Counted from the stretch's first letter, positions 20,529-31,125 are shown. The stretch: 64,000 nt of DNA from a virus (IMGVR_UViG_3300002835_000001:192001-256000), one strand, 5' to 3'. Made by a program: numbers and translations. Notes: a model not told the origin generated them from the letters alone.

Positions 20529-21374
20529 ATGAACATAAATAAAATATTCTTCAATGTAATTGAAGAACAAAACATATTAAAGACAACAAAAACCAAACCT
20601 ATAGTTGATGCAATCAAAAATAGGAATATGATTACATTTTACTATTCGGGTCCTCAAAAACCTAAAAAAGATAGTGTAAAAAATGGTTACAGAGTAAAGG
20701 CTGAGGCGGTTGCTTTGGGTCTTTCTAAAAAGGGTAATTTAATTGTTAGAGCTTGGGTACAACCTCCTTCCGTTTCTAAAAAAGGATTTGCGAAACACGG
20801 GTGGAGAACTTTTATTATTGGTAGAATGAGTAATGTTGAAATTACTGATGAAGTTTTTAACGGAAAGAGACCAGAGTATAAAGAAGGTTCCGATAATTCA
20901 ATGACAACAACATATGTCACAACAAATTGGGGTACAACTTCGGATACTAAAAAAATGGAAAAACCATCACCAACGGTTACTAAACCTGAACCAACAAAAC
21001 CTCCCGTTAGTAAGGTTTCCGATAAACCAACCGAAGTCACTCCAACAGAACCTGTTAAACCCGAAGAATTACCTCAACCAAAACCTGAGGAAAAACCAAG
21101 TGAACTACCACAAGGCGGTGATAATCAGGATTATGAAGTTAAACAAAAAGAATTATATAAAACTAAACAGACCGATTGGATTAACAAACAAAAAGAAATT
21201 GGCGGCAATATAAAGCCTGGTCAAGGTACGAGAGAAAGGTTTAAAAAAGAAGTAGAAAAGGAATTACCTCAACCAGAAACAGAAAAGAAACCAGAAGTTA
21301 ACCCTGAAGAAGATGTAGAAGGAAAAAATCTACAGGAAAGTTTAAAAAGAATTAAACGTTTAATGTTTTATTAA
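20529..21374 (+). CDS. Stand-alone WYL-like domain protein with Pro/Glu/Lys-rich tail
   Basis: ITFYY...R-V-AEAVALG...VRAW...GWRTFIIGRMSNVEIT. Confidence 0.65.
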   Translation: MNINKIFFNVIEEQNILKTTKTKPIVDAIKNRNMITFYYSGPQKPKKDSVKNGYRVKAEAVALGLSKKGNLIVRAWVQPPSVSKKGFAKHGWRTFIIGRMSNVEITDEVFNGKRPEYKEGSDNSMTTTYVTTNWGTTSDTKKMEKPSPTVTKPEPTKPPVSKVSDKPTEVTPTEPVKPEELPQPKPEEKPSELPQGGDNQDYEVKQKELYKTKQTDWINKQKEIGGNIKPGQGTRERFKKEVEKELPQPETEKKPEVNPEEDVEGKNLQESLKRIKRLMFY

Positions 21375-21412
21375 AAAAGGTTATTATTTAAAATATAAAA
21401 ATATTTATTAGT

Positions 21413-21988
21413 ATGTCACAACAAGGAGTAATATCACAAAATGATTTGATGCATAAATTGGTTCAAGCTAAAAAAGTTATGAACAAGGTAGATGGTGGTA
21501 ACTATCAGAGAGGTCAAATAGATGAGAGTATCTTAAGGTCCGCACCGGAAGATGTGATGAACAATACACAAATGCAATCAAATCCATCTACACAAAGACA
21601 AACAGGAACCCCTAACATTAGTCAAATTCAAAATTCTAAATTACCTGAAGCAATTAAAAGAGCAATGATTGAGAATCCAATCCCTCAAATATCTTTAAAT
21701 GATACGTTGGACATGGATTTTGTTAAAGGAGCAAAACGTTTAATGGAACAAGAGGGTGTTAGTACAAAACCTTCACAATCAAAACAAACGACCAATAACA
21801 ACGGAGGTAGTATCGATATGAATGCTATTGCGGTTCTTATTGAAAACACCGTTCGTAAAGTTATGGATGAAAAATTAAATCAAATTCTCACTGCCTCACA
21901 AACCTCAACTATTAATGAAAATTTAGTCCTAAAGGTTGGAGATTCAATATTCAAAGGAAAAATTACTGGCGTAAATAAGGCTAAGTAA
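21413..21988 (+). CDS. Hypothetical protein
   Basis: 191 aa; TATTTATT 3 nt before ATG. Confidence 0.65.
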   Translation: MSQQGVISQNDLMHKLVQAKKVMNKVDGGNYQRGQIDESILRSAPEDVMNNTQMQSNPSTQRQTGTPNISQIQNSKLPEAIKRAMIENPIPQISLNDTLDMDFVKGAKRLMEQEGVSTKPSQSKQTTNNNGGSIDMNAIAVLIENTVRKVMDEKLNQILTASQTSTINENLVLKVGDSIFKGKITGVNKAK

Positions 21989-22038
21989 TTTGTTTTTTCA
22001 TTTTTTTTTCGTATATTTTAGACATATAAAGTAATATA

Positions 22039-23265
22039 ATGTCAAAAATTAAAATTTTAGTAGTACCTCCCGATAGATACGGGGTCGGTAAATTTAGAAT
22101 GTTAGACCCATTTAAATACATCGGGGAGAATCATTCAGAAGATGTCCACGTCGATTTAGTTTTCAATTTAGAAAATAGAGACGAATTATTCGATGGGTAC
22201 GATATCGTTATTTTCCATTCATTTATACATCAAACAACACATAAAGAAAATGTAGATCGTATTAATTGGTTAAAATCAAAAGGAGTCAAGGTTATTATGG
22301 ACATTGACGATATGTGGTTTGTTGACCAACGACACCCAATGTACTACCAAATTAAACAAAGTGGTATGGGTGAAATGAAAATTGAAATGTTAAAGTTAGT
22401 TGATTATGTTTCAACAACGACACCAATTTTCGCAAATACAATTAAAGAAAGATTAAGAGTAAAAAATGTTGAAGTATTTCCAAACGCAGTTAACGATGAG
22501 GAAATACAATTTCAATCAAATACGAATAAATCAGATAAAGTTAGGTTTGGATGGTTGGGTGGGTCATCCCATTTACACGATTTAGAATTACTAACTAATG
22601 GTATATCAACAACATTTAATTCATTTAAAGACAAAGTACAATTTGTATTGTGTGGATTCGATTTAAGGGGTAATGTTACTGAAGTTGATATGAAAACAGG
22701 GGAAAAAAGAGAAAGACCAATTGAACCATTTGAAACAGTTTGGTATAAGTATGAAAAAATATTTACAGATAATTTTAAAGTATTAAATCCAGAATATAAA
22801 TCATTTTTAAGTACATTTACCCAAGGTGATTATAACGACATTAATGAACCATATAGAAGAAGATGGACACAAGACGTTTCAAAATATGCTTTGAATTACA
22901 ATACTTTTGACGTATCTTTAGCTCCGTTATTTGAGTCGGTGTTTAACGCAAATAAATCACAATTAAAGGTTATCGAAGCGGGATTCCATAAAAAGGCATT
23001 AATTGCTAGTGAGACTAATCCATATACTTTGGATTTAATCTCCGCAGTTGATAATGGAGTTATAAACAATAAAGGAAATGCTTTATTAGTAAACCCTAAA
23101 AGAAACCATAAAGATTGGGCTAAACATATGAAACGATTAGTTGAGAATCCAAACTTAATTGAAGATTTAGGTAATCGTTTATATGAAACAGTAAAAGATA
23201 CATATTCATTAAGAAAAGTATGTAAAGATAGAGTAGAGTTTTTCAAATCAATTATAAACAAATAA
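22039..23265 (+). CDS. GT-B fold glycosyltransferase
   Basis: MDIDD, VFPNAV, RFGWLGGSSHLHDL, DVSLAPL, KSQLKVIEAG. Confidence 0.88.
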   Translation: MSKIKILVVPPDRYGVGKFRMLDPFKYIGENHSEDVHVDLVFNLENRDELFDGYDIVIFHSFIHQTTHKENVDRINWLKSKGVKVIMDIDDMWFVDQRHPMYYQIKQSGMGEMKIEMLKLVDYVSTTTPIFANTIKERLRVKNVEVFPNAVNDEEIQFQSNTNKSDKVRFGWLGGSSHLHDLELLTNGISTTFNSFKDKVQFVLCGFDLRGNVTEVDMKTGEKRERPIEPFETVWYKYEKIFTDNFKVLNPEYKSFLSTFTQGDYNDINEPYRRRWTQDVSKYALNYNTFDVSLAPLFESVFNANKSQLKVIEAGFHKKALIASETNPYTLDLISAVDNGVINNKGNALLVNPKRNHKDWAKHMKRLVENPNLIEDLGNRLYETVKDTYSLRKVCKDRVEFFKSIINK

Positions 23266-23276
23266 AAAAAACAATT

Positions 23277-23507
23277 ATGCATTACACAGTAACAGTAGGA
23301 TATGAATCCGAACAATTAGACAGAGAGGGTAACCCACGTTTAACAAAATCAACAATTATTGTCCAAGCCGAATCAAACGCAGAAGCAAATATTACAGCTT
23401 CTAAATTTTTAGCTGGAGATATTCGTACAAGTCAAATTATCGATGTTAAGAAATTAAAGATCGATTGCGTCATTGACGAAAAGAACACACCTGAGTATTA
23501 TAGATAA
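23277..23507 (+). CDS. Hypothetical protein (76 aa)
   Basis: ORF in operon context. Confidence 0.6.
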   Translation: MHYTVTVGYESEQLDREGNPRLTKSTIIVQAESNAEANITASKFLAGDIRTSQIIDVKKLKIDCVIDEKNTPEYYR

Positions 23508-23529
23508 TAACAATTAAACACCAACTGAA

Positions 23530-23751
23530 ATGGATTTCTACGGAAGAGATATACAAATTATGCGTCAATCGCAAAGTAAAATGGCTTTAGAATACCTAAA
23601 TTCAGTTGGTGTTCAAGTTACATTTGAAGAACTACAAAGGGTAACTGACGTGTTTGTTGAGTGTTGTTTACGACCTCAAGATAACGACTTAAAGGAAAGA
23701 GTTAAGAAGTTAGATAAATGGATTATAGACAAAAAAGAAAAAAATGGATAA
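23530..23751 (+). CDS. Hypothetical protein (73 aa)
   Basis: ORF overlapping dut start. Confidence 0.6.
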   Translation: MDFYGRDIQIMRQSQSKMALEYLNSVGVQVTFEELQRVTDVFVECCLRPQDNDLKERVKKLDKWIIDKKEKNG

Positions 23752-24343
23752 AGATAGTCTTGAAGAATATTTAAAAAAATTAAAAGAATTTGAATCTGAC
23801 TTAAGTTCAGATGATGAAGTTGACGATGAATTTTTTACCCAAATAAACAAAGTTTTAGGTAATTTAATGGACGATGTATCAAAAGATAAAATTGTACCAA
23901 ATCCATCTTCATTTGAAATTCCTGTAAAGGTAAAAAAACTACATGAGAGCGCAGTGATACCATCATACTCAAAAGATGGTGATGCGGGAATGGATTTAAC
24001 AATAACAAGAGAAATTGAAAATACTACCTTTAGTGTATCGTATGGTTTTGGACTTGCGTTTGAAATACCAAAAGGATACGTCGGTTTAGTGTTTCCTCGT
24101 TCATCTATTCGTAATCAAGAGTTACTATTGTCAAACTCTGTTGGGGTTATAGATAGTGGTTATAGGGGTGAAATACAAGCTACTTTTGTAAAAACAAACG
24201 GATTAGATTCTATTAAATATAAGGTAGGTGAAAGGGGTGCTCAAATGATAATTATTCCTTTTCCTAAAGTAACAATCTTTGAAAGTGACGAACTATCCAA
24301 TACCGAAAGGGGTGGTGGTGGTTTCGGAAGTACAGGTAAATAG
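23744..24343 (+). CDS. dut: Trimeric dUTPase with acidic N-terminal extension
   Basis: AGMDL, FPRSS, GVIDSGYRGEI, GAQMII, RGGGGFGSTG. Confidence 0.96.
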   Translation: MDKDSLEEYLKKLKEFESDLSSDDEVDDEFFTQINKVLGNLMDDVSKDKIVPNPSSFEIPVKVKKLHESAVIPSYSKDGDAGMDLTITREIENTTFSVSYGFGLAFEIPKGYVGLVFPRSSIRNQELLLSNSVGVIDSGYRGEIQATFVKTNGLDSIKYKVGERGAQMIIIPFPKVTIFESDELSNTERGGGGFGSTGK

Positions 24344-24384
24344 AGATATTTATTAAAAATAAAGAACAATTAAAAACATATATT

Positions 24385-25113
24385 TTGGCAGTAAAACCTA
24401 GAACCAGTAGAACCCAACCACCTGTATTAGTGGAAGATAGAAAAATCATACATAAGGATAGAATTAGACAAATCATAAAAAAACCAAAAGAAAAGTTCTT
24501 AACTAAAAATCAAGAAACATATTGGAACATATTGGGAGATAATCAAATTACCCTTTGTTTTGGGCCAGCAGGTGTTGGTAAATCATATATCGCAATGAAA
24601 AGAGCAGTAGATTTGTTACATGACGATTCCAATAAATATGAGAAAATAATCATTGTTAGACCGGCAGTTGAGGCAGAAGAAAAATTAGGTTCATTACCAG
24701 GTGGTTTAGAAGAAAAGTTGGACCCATACATTTACCCGTCTTATTATCTATTAAATAAAATTATAGGTAAAGAGGCAAGAGAACAACTTAAAGACGAAGG
24801 TTACATTGAAGTTGCGGCACTTGCATATATGAGAGGATGGAATGTTGATAATACGATATTAGTATTTGAAGAGGCTCAAAATGCAACTCCCGCACAAGTA
24901 AAATTATTACTAACTCGTATTGGTTATAATTCTAAATTTTTCCTATCAGGAGATTTAGAACAATCAGATAAATTTAAAGATAAAACTAAATCTGGTTTAT
25001 ATGATGCGAAGAAAAGATTAGGTGATGTAAAAGGAATCGGTGTTTTTGAATTTGGAATGGAGGATATTGTTAGAAACCCAATTATATCTGAAATTCTTAA
25101 CAGATACGATTAA
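24385..25113 (+). CDS. phoH: PhoH-family ATPase (TTG start)
   Basis: GPAGVGKS, RPAVE, LGSLPG, YMRG, EEAQN, LTRIG, GDLEQSD, VRNP. Confidence 0.95.
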   Translation: MAVKPRTSRTQPPVLVEDRKIIHKDRIRQIIKKPKEKFLTKNQETYWNILGDNQITLCFGPAGVGKSYIAMKRAVDLLHDDSNKYEKIIIVRPAVEAEEKLGSLPGGLEEKLDPYIYPSYYLLNKIIGKEAREQLKDEGYIEVAALAYMRGWNVDNTILVFEEAQNATPAQVKLLLTRIGYNSKFFLSGDLEQSDKFKDKTKSGLYDAKKRLGDVKGIGVFEFGMEDIVRNPIISEILNRYD

Positions 25114-25133
25114 CAATAAATGTAATTTTGCAC

Positions 25134-25173
25134 AATAAACCCACATCGTTTATCATAATGGTGTGGGTTTATT
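25134..25173. terminator. 12-bp stem hairpin after phoH
   Basis: AATAAACCCACA...TGTGGGTTTATT. Confidence 0.6.
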
Positions 25174-25209
25174 ATTTACTTATAACATATTTGATGGTAT
25201 ATTTACCCA

Positions 25210-25863
25210 ATGGAAGTATACATTAGTATTGATGGTGTTTTAAGAAACACAATACAAAAATTTGAATATCATTACAACGAATCATTTTTAGTGGATGATG
25301 TTGTGATTGAAGATAATACATTTGACTATGGTGTAACTGAGCCAATAGAAAACGATAATTTAATGAACTCGTACAGATTCCAATCAAAGGAAGAGTATGA
25401 GTTTTTTACATTTATGGAATACCCAATTGAAATATTTGGACATGCTGGATTAAGTTACTCAACAACATTTACAGATTTACATAAAATGATTTATGATAAT
25501 CAAGAACACAATTTTACATTAATTGGGTTGGATGAATTAGGTAAATCAAAACCAGCAACATTATTCTTCCTATCAAAAAACGGATTTTTAGGTAATAACA
25601 TAAAATTCGACAAAAGTGATAACATTAAAGAGCTGTGGAACAAATGTGATATTTGGATTACAGATAAAAAACTTGTGTTAGATGAATGTCCAGAAGATAA
25701 AGTTGCCATCAAATTTAATACCAAATATAATGGACACTTTACTTATAAAAAAGAAATAACTAAATTAACTGAAATACAAGAACCATGGTTGAACTATTCG
25801 GAAAAAACTACTACATTGATATCGATGGAATCACAGACAAATGTAGAACAAACAAAACAGTAG
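25210..25863 (+). CDS. HAD-like 5'(3')-nucleotidase-family protein with degenerate motif I
   Basis: VYISIDGVLRN instead of DxDGVL; CDIWITD; FNTKYN. Confidence 0.55.
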   Translation: MEVYISIDGVLRNTIQKFEYHYNESFLVDDVVIEDNTFDYGVTEPIENDNLMNSYRFQSKEEYEFFTFMEYPIEIFGHAGLSYSTTFTDLHKMIYDNQEHNFTLIGLDELGKSKPATLFFLSKNGFLGNNIKFDKSDNIKELWNKCDIWITDKKLVLDECPEDKVAIKFNTKYNGHFTYKKEITKLTEIQEPWLNYSEKTTTLISMESQTNVEQTKQ

Positions 25864-26078
25864 AAGATGATGAAGATGAAGGTGCTACCGAAATCAACAT
25901 TTTCAAATACGAAATAATAAAAATGTGTTTAGAAAGAGTGTTAGGTGAAATTGACGATGTTGACGAAGAAATGGGAATGTTCGCAAAAAACACCACAACC
26001 ACATCTTTTAAAATAGCATTTAACACCTTAATAAAATATAAAATCTTAATTGAAGAATTAAACGAAGACGATGAGTAA
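25785..26078 (+). CDS. Hypothetical acidic protein (97 aa)
   Basis: ORF with typical codon use; 79-nt overlap with upstream gene. Confidence 0.6.
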   Translation: MVELFGKNYYIDIDGITDKCRTNKTVEDDEDEGATEINIFKYEIIKMCLERVLGEIDDVDEEMGMFAKNTTTTSFKIAFNTLIKYKILIEELNEDDE

Positions 26079-27132
26079 ACAAGAAAACATAGAAAAATTA
26101 GAAGAAGCGTTAGGTAGGTTACATTCAAAAGAAAATAACATTTATTTTCTAACTTATGACACAAGAAATAACGCAAGAGCGTCCATAAAACACATTTATG
26201 ATATGGCGTTGACTTTAAAACAAAATGGTCATAAATCAAATATTTTAGTGGAGGACAAAACATACACAGGAGTCGAATCTTGGTTAGGTGATACGTACAA
26301 AGAACTACCAGTCGTGTCCATCAAAGAAGATAAGATTGAATTAAAAATTGATGATGTTTTAGTTGTTCCTGAATATTTTTCAAACGCTCTTGAGCAATTA
26401 ACTAATATCAAGTGTATTAAAGTAATGTTAGTACAACAAAAAGATTTTATGTTTGAAACACTATCAATTGGTAGTAGATGGTCGGACTATGGATTTGATA
26501 GAATCATCACCACAACAGAAAGTGCAAAAAAATACATTTCAGATATTTTTCCTGAAAGTTTAGTCTTTGTAATCCCTCCAATTATTGGTGATAATTTTAA
26601 ACCTATTGAACTACCATTAAAACCATATGTTGCGATTAGTTGTAGAGATAGAGTTGTACATAGAAGATTAATTTCACAATTTTATTTAAAGTTTCCTCAG
26701 TTACGTTGGATTACTTTTAAAGATATGGTTCAGATGAGTTACGATGAATTTGCAACTAATTTAAAAGAATGTATGGTTTCTGTTTGGGTTGATAATGAAT
26801 CAACATTTGGTACATTTCCTTTAGAGTCTATGAAATGTGGTGTTCCCGTTATTGGTAAGATTCCTGAAACAGAACCTGATTGGTTGGATGAGAATGGAAT
26901 GTGGACCTATGACACAAATAAAGTTGTTGAAATTTTAGGTTCATATATCTTAGCATGGATTGAGGGAGTTGAGTTACAAGAAGAGGTGACTACTAAAATG
27001 AAAGATACTTTATTACCATATGAAACATCAATTACTCAAAATAGTATCAATTCAATTTTCGGGTCATTAATTAATAAAAGAATCGAATCTATCGAGAACG
27101 CATTAGAAAAATTAAAACAAGAACAAGAATAA
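26071..27132 (+). CDS. GT-B fold glycosyltransferase
   Basis: LVVPEY, ESTFGTFPLESMKCGVPVIG. Confidence 0.8.
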   Translation: MSKQENIEKLEEALGRLHSKENNIYFLTYDTRNNARASIKHIYDMALTLKQNGHKSNILVEDKTYTGVESWLGDTYKELPVVSIKEDKIELKIDDVLVVPEYFSNALEQLTNIKCIKVMLVQQKDFMFETLSIGSRWSDYGFDRIITTTESAKKYISDIFPESLVFVIPPIIGDNFKPIELPLKPYVAISCRDRVVHRRLISQFYLKFPQLRWITFKDMVQMSYDEFATNLKECMVSVWVDNESTFGTFPLESMKCGVPVIGKIPETEPDWLDENGMWTYDTNKVVEILGSYILAWIEGVELQEEVTTKMKDTLLPYETSITQNSINSIFGSLINKRIESIENALEKLKQEQE

Positions 27133-27137
27133 TCAAT

Positions 27138-27917
27138 ATGAAAAATATAACAGTATTAATACCTATTCACAAAATTAGTGAAGATTATAAGGAAATGTTA
27201 AATAAAGCTTTAGAGTCTGTTGAAGATTTTCACAACGACGTAAAAGTATCGTTGGTATGTCCCGCGGAAGTAAAAAAAGAGTTAACTAACTTATCTGATA
27301 AATTAGAAATTAATTTCGTAGTTAATAATGGTAAAACTGACTTTTGCTCCCAAGTAAATTTAGGTATCGAGAAATGTGACACAGAATGGTTTACTATTTT
27401 AGAAGTTGATGACCAATTTAAATCAATTTGGTTAAAATCAATTAACGATTATAGAAAAATTTATAGTGATGTTGATGTATTCTTACCAATAGTAAAAGAT
27501 ATAAACTCAGAGGGAACCTTTGTTAGTTTTACTAACGAATCCGCTTGGGCTTATGGATTTACTGATATGCAGGGATTTATTGATAATGAGGTATTATTAG
27601 AATATCAAAACTATCAAATTAGTGGTGGACTTTATCGCACACAAAAAATTAAAGATAATGGTTTATTAAAAGAAAACATTAAATTGACTTTTGGATACGA
27701 GTTTTTATTAAGATTAACTCACAATGGAGTTAGGGTGATGATAGTACCGAGAGTTGGTTACCAACACGTTAATCTTAGAGAGGATTCATTATTCTGGTTA
27801 TACAAAAACGATGAGAATAGTTTATTATCCGAAAAAGAAGTTAAATTTTGGTTAGACTCAGCAAAAAAAGAATTTTTCTTTAAAAATAAACGAGATGTAA
27901 ATTATATAGAAGCTTAA
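27138..27917 (+). CDS. GT-A fold (family 2) glycosyltransferase
   Basis: ITVLIPIH, QVNLGI, WFTILEVDD, YEFLLRL. Confidence 0.85.
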   Translation: MKNITVLIPIHKISEDYKEMLNKALESVEDFHNDVKVSLVCPAEVKKELTNLSDKLEINFVVNNGKTDFCSQVNLGIEKCDTEWFTILEVDDQFKSIWLKSINDYRKIYSDVDVFLPIVKDINSEGTFVSFTNESAWAYGFTDMQGFIDNEVLLEYQNYQISGGLYRTQKIKDNGLLKENIKLTFGYEFLLRLTHNGVRVMIVPRVGYQHVNLREDSLFWLYKNDENSLLSEKEVKFWLDSAKKEFFFKNKRDVNYIEA

Positions 27918-28615
27918 TGCCAAGACCAAGAACCCAAAAAATTTATTTTGGGGAGGATCAAGAGAAGGCGGTAGTTAGTTACTTAGAAAGCACTGACGAA
28001 GCAGAAAGAAATAAGATATTCAACGAATATTTACGTGAACCCCTAATTATAATGGTCGAATCAATTATTCGACGTTATAAACTTTACAGAAAAGATATGG
28101 AATTTGAAGAAATTCATACAGACACAATGTCCTTTCTTATTACCAAGATTAATAAATTTGACCACACAAAAAATACCAAAGCGTATTCTTACTTTGGTAC
28201 AATCTGTAAAAACTACCTTATGGGAGCAATACAGAAGGATACAAAGGAACAAAATAGACAAGTATCATATGACGACATATCATCAGATATTGAGGGTAGA
28301 TCTGACCTATCATATGTGATAGATGAACATATTATAGACTATAGAGATATCATTATAAAAATGAGTATAGACTTAGAACTTTTTGTTGAAAATGAAGATT
28401 TAACCGAAAATGAACAAAAATTAGGGTATGCGTTACTAGAGATTTTTAACAATTTTGATATGATATTTCAAGTTGGAGATGGTAACAAATTCAATAAAAA
28501 CCTTATATTACTCTCTTTAAGAGAAATGACTTCATTGTCAACCAAAGAAATTAGAATATCCCTCAAAAGATTTAAAAAGTTGTATGATGGAATTTTAGGT
28601 GGATTTTTAGAATAA
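27917..28615 (+). CDS. Phage sigma factor (T4 gp55-like, late)
   Basis: Region-2-like KFDHTKNTKAYSYFGTICKNYL. Confidence 0.75.
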   Translation: MPRPRTQKIYFGEDQEKAVVSYLESTDEAERNKIFNEYLREPLIIMVESIIRRYKLYRKDMEFEEIHTDTMSFLITKINKFDHTKNTKAYSYFGTICKNYLMGAIQKDTKEQNRQVSYDDISSDIEGRSDLSYVIDEHIIDYRDIIIKMSIDLELFVENEDLTENEQKLGYALLEIFNNFDMIFQVGDGNKFNKNLILLSLREMTSLSTKEIRISLKRFKKLYDGILGGFLE

Positions 28616-28629
28616 ACCTATTTATTGGT

Positions 28630-29010
28630 ATGAGAACACAAAGAAATTTAATCTCCTTAGAGGTTGATTCTGCATTAGCTTTAATGCAGGAAATCTACAA
28701 TGACATTGTGGAACAAAAGAATACAGCATCAATGATAACAAAGAAAATGTTAACATTTATGAAAGATGCTGAGGACATGAGTGTAATAGGTCCCGTCATC
28801 AAAGAACAACAAAAAATCCTAAACGATTGTACTGAGAAAAAAATCTCCTTAGTTAAACTACAAGGTGTTTTATTAAAACAAACACAATCTACAGGTAAGG
28901 CCGGTGGACCTATGGGTAAATTAACCTTATCTGATGAAGATAGAGAAATATTGGACAAATTAATGGAAACTGGTTCTGATAATAAAGGTAAGTCAAACTA
29001 CACACTATAA
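28630..29010 (+). CDS. Hypothetical coiled-coil protein
   Basis: 126 aa; TATTTATT 3 nt before ATG. Confidence 0.65.
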   Translation: MRTQRNLISLEVDSALALMQEIYNDIVEQKNTASMITKKMLTFMKDAEDMSVIGPVIKEQQKILNDCTEKKISLVKLQGVLLKQTQSTGKAGGPMGKLTLSDEDREILDKLMETGSDNKGKSNYTL

Positions 29011-30923
29011 TGTCCAACAAAATAAAAGAAACAAGAAAAAAGATTAGGCAAAAAATTGATGCCATTAAAAGGGCAAAAGATAATGCTAAGGATAAGGCTA
29101 ACAAATTTGTTGATGGTTATGAAAACAAAGCATTAAAAGGTGCCGATGACCTATCAAAAACTCTATCAGATTTTTCCGCAAAAAAACTAAAAAAGTTAGA
29201 GGGTGGGATAAATCGAGCTAGTGACGTATTCTCTGATTTATTAGAAACGGTAGAAAAATTTGTAAGTGCGAAAAATATAAAAGTTGAATCTTCGGATAAG
29301 TTATTCTCAAAACAAAGGTTAAGACAACTTACAAACGAATCGGCTATCGAAACTTTAAAATCGTCACAACAAATTATTTTAGAAGCGGTACAAAAAATAT
29401 TATTTGCAGGAGACGGTATATGTGGTTCCAACAAAACATTTGGTTCAACTGACACTGTAACATTAAAACCACAAGAATTTGATTTTATGAACGTATTAAC
29501 CGTTGACCCAACATCAAACGTTGGTCAAATTGTTTATGAAAAAGAATCTCCAGATTTAGGTAAACGTAAAATGAATAGAAATTTATATAATGCTTTTAAT
29601 AGTCCATATACTTTTACATCTCTAAATGGTAATAATTTATTTTCATTATCGTGGGACACATCGAACCAAAGATATGATGTTGCAGGTTTACAAGGTAAAA
29701 ATATAAAAACATTTTTTACTGATTATTATTCAAGTATTGAACCCGTAGATTTTAGTGGAGTTACTAAAACCGCAATATACATGACATTACATGGTGATGG
29801 TAGTGAACCTCCTTTATTTGATAAGGGGTTTAATGATTTAAATAGATTATTGGCGAAACTATGTGCAATGTGTGGAAACCCCAAAAATGGTAAAATTCCT
29901 AACGCAACCACAGAATTTAACGAAAATGACGAAGACATCCAATCTTATTTTGACTTTGATGATGTAGAGGGAGTTGACTTAGATGATGAAAAAGATAGGT
30001 TAGATAAAGTACTAAAGTTTAGAGATTGTAATAATTTTAAAATACCCATAAACCCAACACATTTCGAAGATTTTGTTTATGATGACGGTAATTTAAATGA
30101 TTCAGTAAATGATGCTTTATTTAATGCTGCGTCCGATGCTCATAATCAGTCTGAAGGTTCAATACCTCCAGATAATTTTCATTTGTCAATTTTAAATACT
30201 TTCATACTTAGTTTACCCAAGGCACTTATCGGTTCTTTATTAACCCCAAAATATTTTTTACCATTCATAATAGTTTATAAAGTTTTAGTTACAGGTGTTG
30301 GTGGGGTAATAAAAACCGCTAAACAAATGATGAAAATTTTATATAAATTATTTAATGAAATTATTACAAAATTATTATGGAAATTTATTAATGAATTTTG
30401 GAGAAGAGTTAAAAAAGATTTATTGGTATTTTTAGTTGACATTGCTGCAACAATATTAAAAAAGAAAGGTAAAAGATATCGATTAATTTTATTATCATTA
30501 ATTGCAATTTTAACAAAAATACTTGAAAGTGGTTTTGATACTTGTAAAGACTTATATGGTTTAATAAATAAAGCAATTGATTTAGCTTTATCAGGTTTTG
30601 GTGGTGGGTTCGCAACTGCCGGAATTAGTACCTTTTTATTACCATTTTTCTTACAAAAACCTGGATATAGTGAAGATGGTGCGGTGATTCGTGCAATTGA
30701 AAAATTGGAAGAATCTGGTGTTTCAACCTCACCCATATTTGGTGAGGATAATAAAATAATTGATTTAGTAAAATCAGTAATAAGTGGTCACGTGGAAGAA
30801 CAAGATACAAATGGATTCATAGCCGCAAGTAATACTTCGGTTATTATACCACACCCAAGTCCATTCGTTGGTGCGGTATTTATTCCACCGGGATTATTAA
30901 CAGTAGGAGGAGGTACATTTTAA
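29010..30923 (+). CDS. Hypothetical protein (637 aa), probable virion component
   Basis: Long ORF co-transcribed with spike gene; hydrophobic helical C-terminal half. Confidence 0.6.
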   Translation: MSNKIKETRKKIRQKIDAIKRAKDNAKDKANKFVDGYENKALKGADDLSKTLSDFSAKKLKKLEGGINRASDVFSDLLETVEKFVSAKNIKVESSDKLFSKQRLRQLTNESAIETLKSSQQIILEAVQKILFAGDGICGSNKTFGSTDTVTLKPQEFDFMNVLTVDPTSNVGQIVYEKESPDLGKRKMNRNLYNAFNSPYTFTSLNGNNLFSLSWDTSNQRYDVAGLQGKNIKTFFTDYYSSIEPVDFSGVTKTAIYMTLHGDGSEPPLFDKGFNDLNRLLAKLCAMCGNPKNGKIPNATTEFNENDEDIQSYFDFDDVEGVDLDDEKDRLDKVLKFRDCNNFKIPINPTHFEDFVYDDGNLNDSVNDALFNAASDAHNQSEGSIPPDNFHLSILNTFILSLPKALIGSLLTPKYFLPFIIVYKVLVTGVGGVIKTAKQMMKILYKLFNEIITKLLWKFINEFWRRVKKDLLVFLVDIAATILKKKGKRYRLILLSLIAILTKILESGFDTCKDLYGLINKAIDLALSGFGGGFATAGISTFLLPFFLQKPGYSEDGAVIRAIEKLEESGVSTSPIFGEDNKIIDLVKSVISGHVEEQDTNGFIAASNTSVIIPHPSPFVGAVFIPPGLLTVGGGTF

Positions 30924-30924
30924 T

Positions 30925-31125
30925 ATGGATAAAGAAAAAATTATTGAAGTTATTAGCGATGTTAAAAATAAATCAAATAAAGATTTATTTCTTGCAATAA
31001 ATGAATTGAATGATGAATTTGAAAAAACAAAAACATTAATCATTGATTTAACAAGACATCTTGATAGTGTTGAAGAATTGTTCAATGAAATAAACGATGA
31101 AATAGAAAAAAGAATTAAGAAATGA
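30925..31125 (+). CDS. Hypothetical coiled-coil protein (66 aa)
   Basis: ORF coupled to neighbours. Confidence 0.6.
   Translation: MDKEKIIEVISDVKNKSNKDLFLAINELNDEFEKTKTLIIDLTRHLDSVEELFNEINDEIEKRIKK

Noticed and set aside
25785-25863. 79-nt overlap between HAD-like and downstream ORF as a frameshift error
   Set aside because: Both frames read plausibly and no homopolymer slip is evident; needs homologue lengths
28630-29010. Small terminase subunit call
   Set aside because: Only generic coiled-coil character and far from the large subunit; left hypothetical
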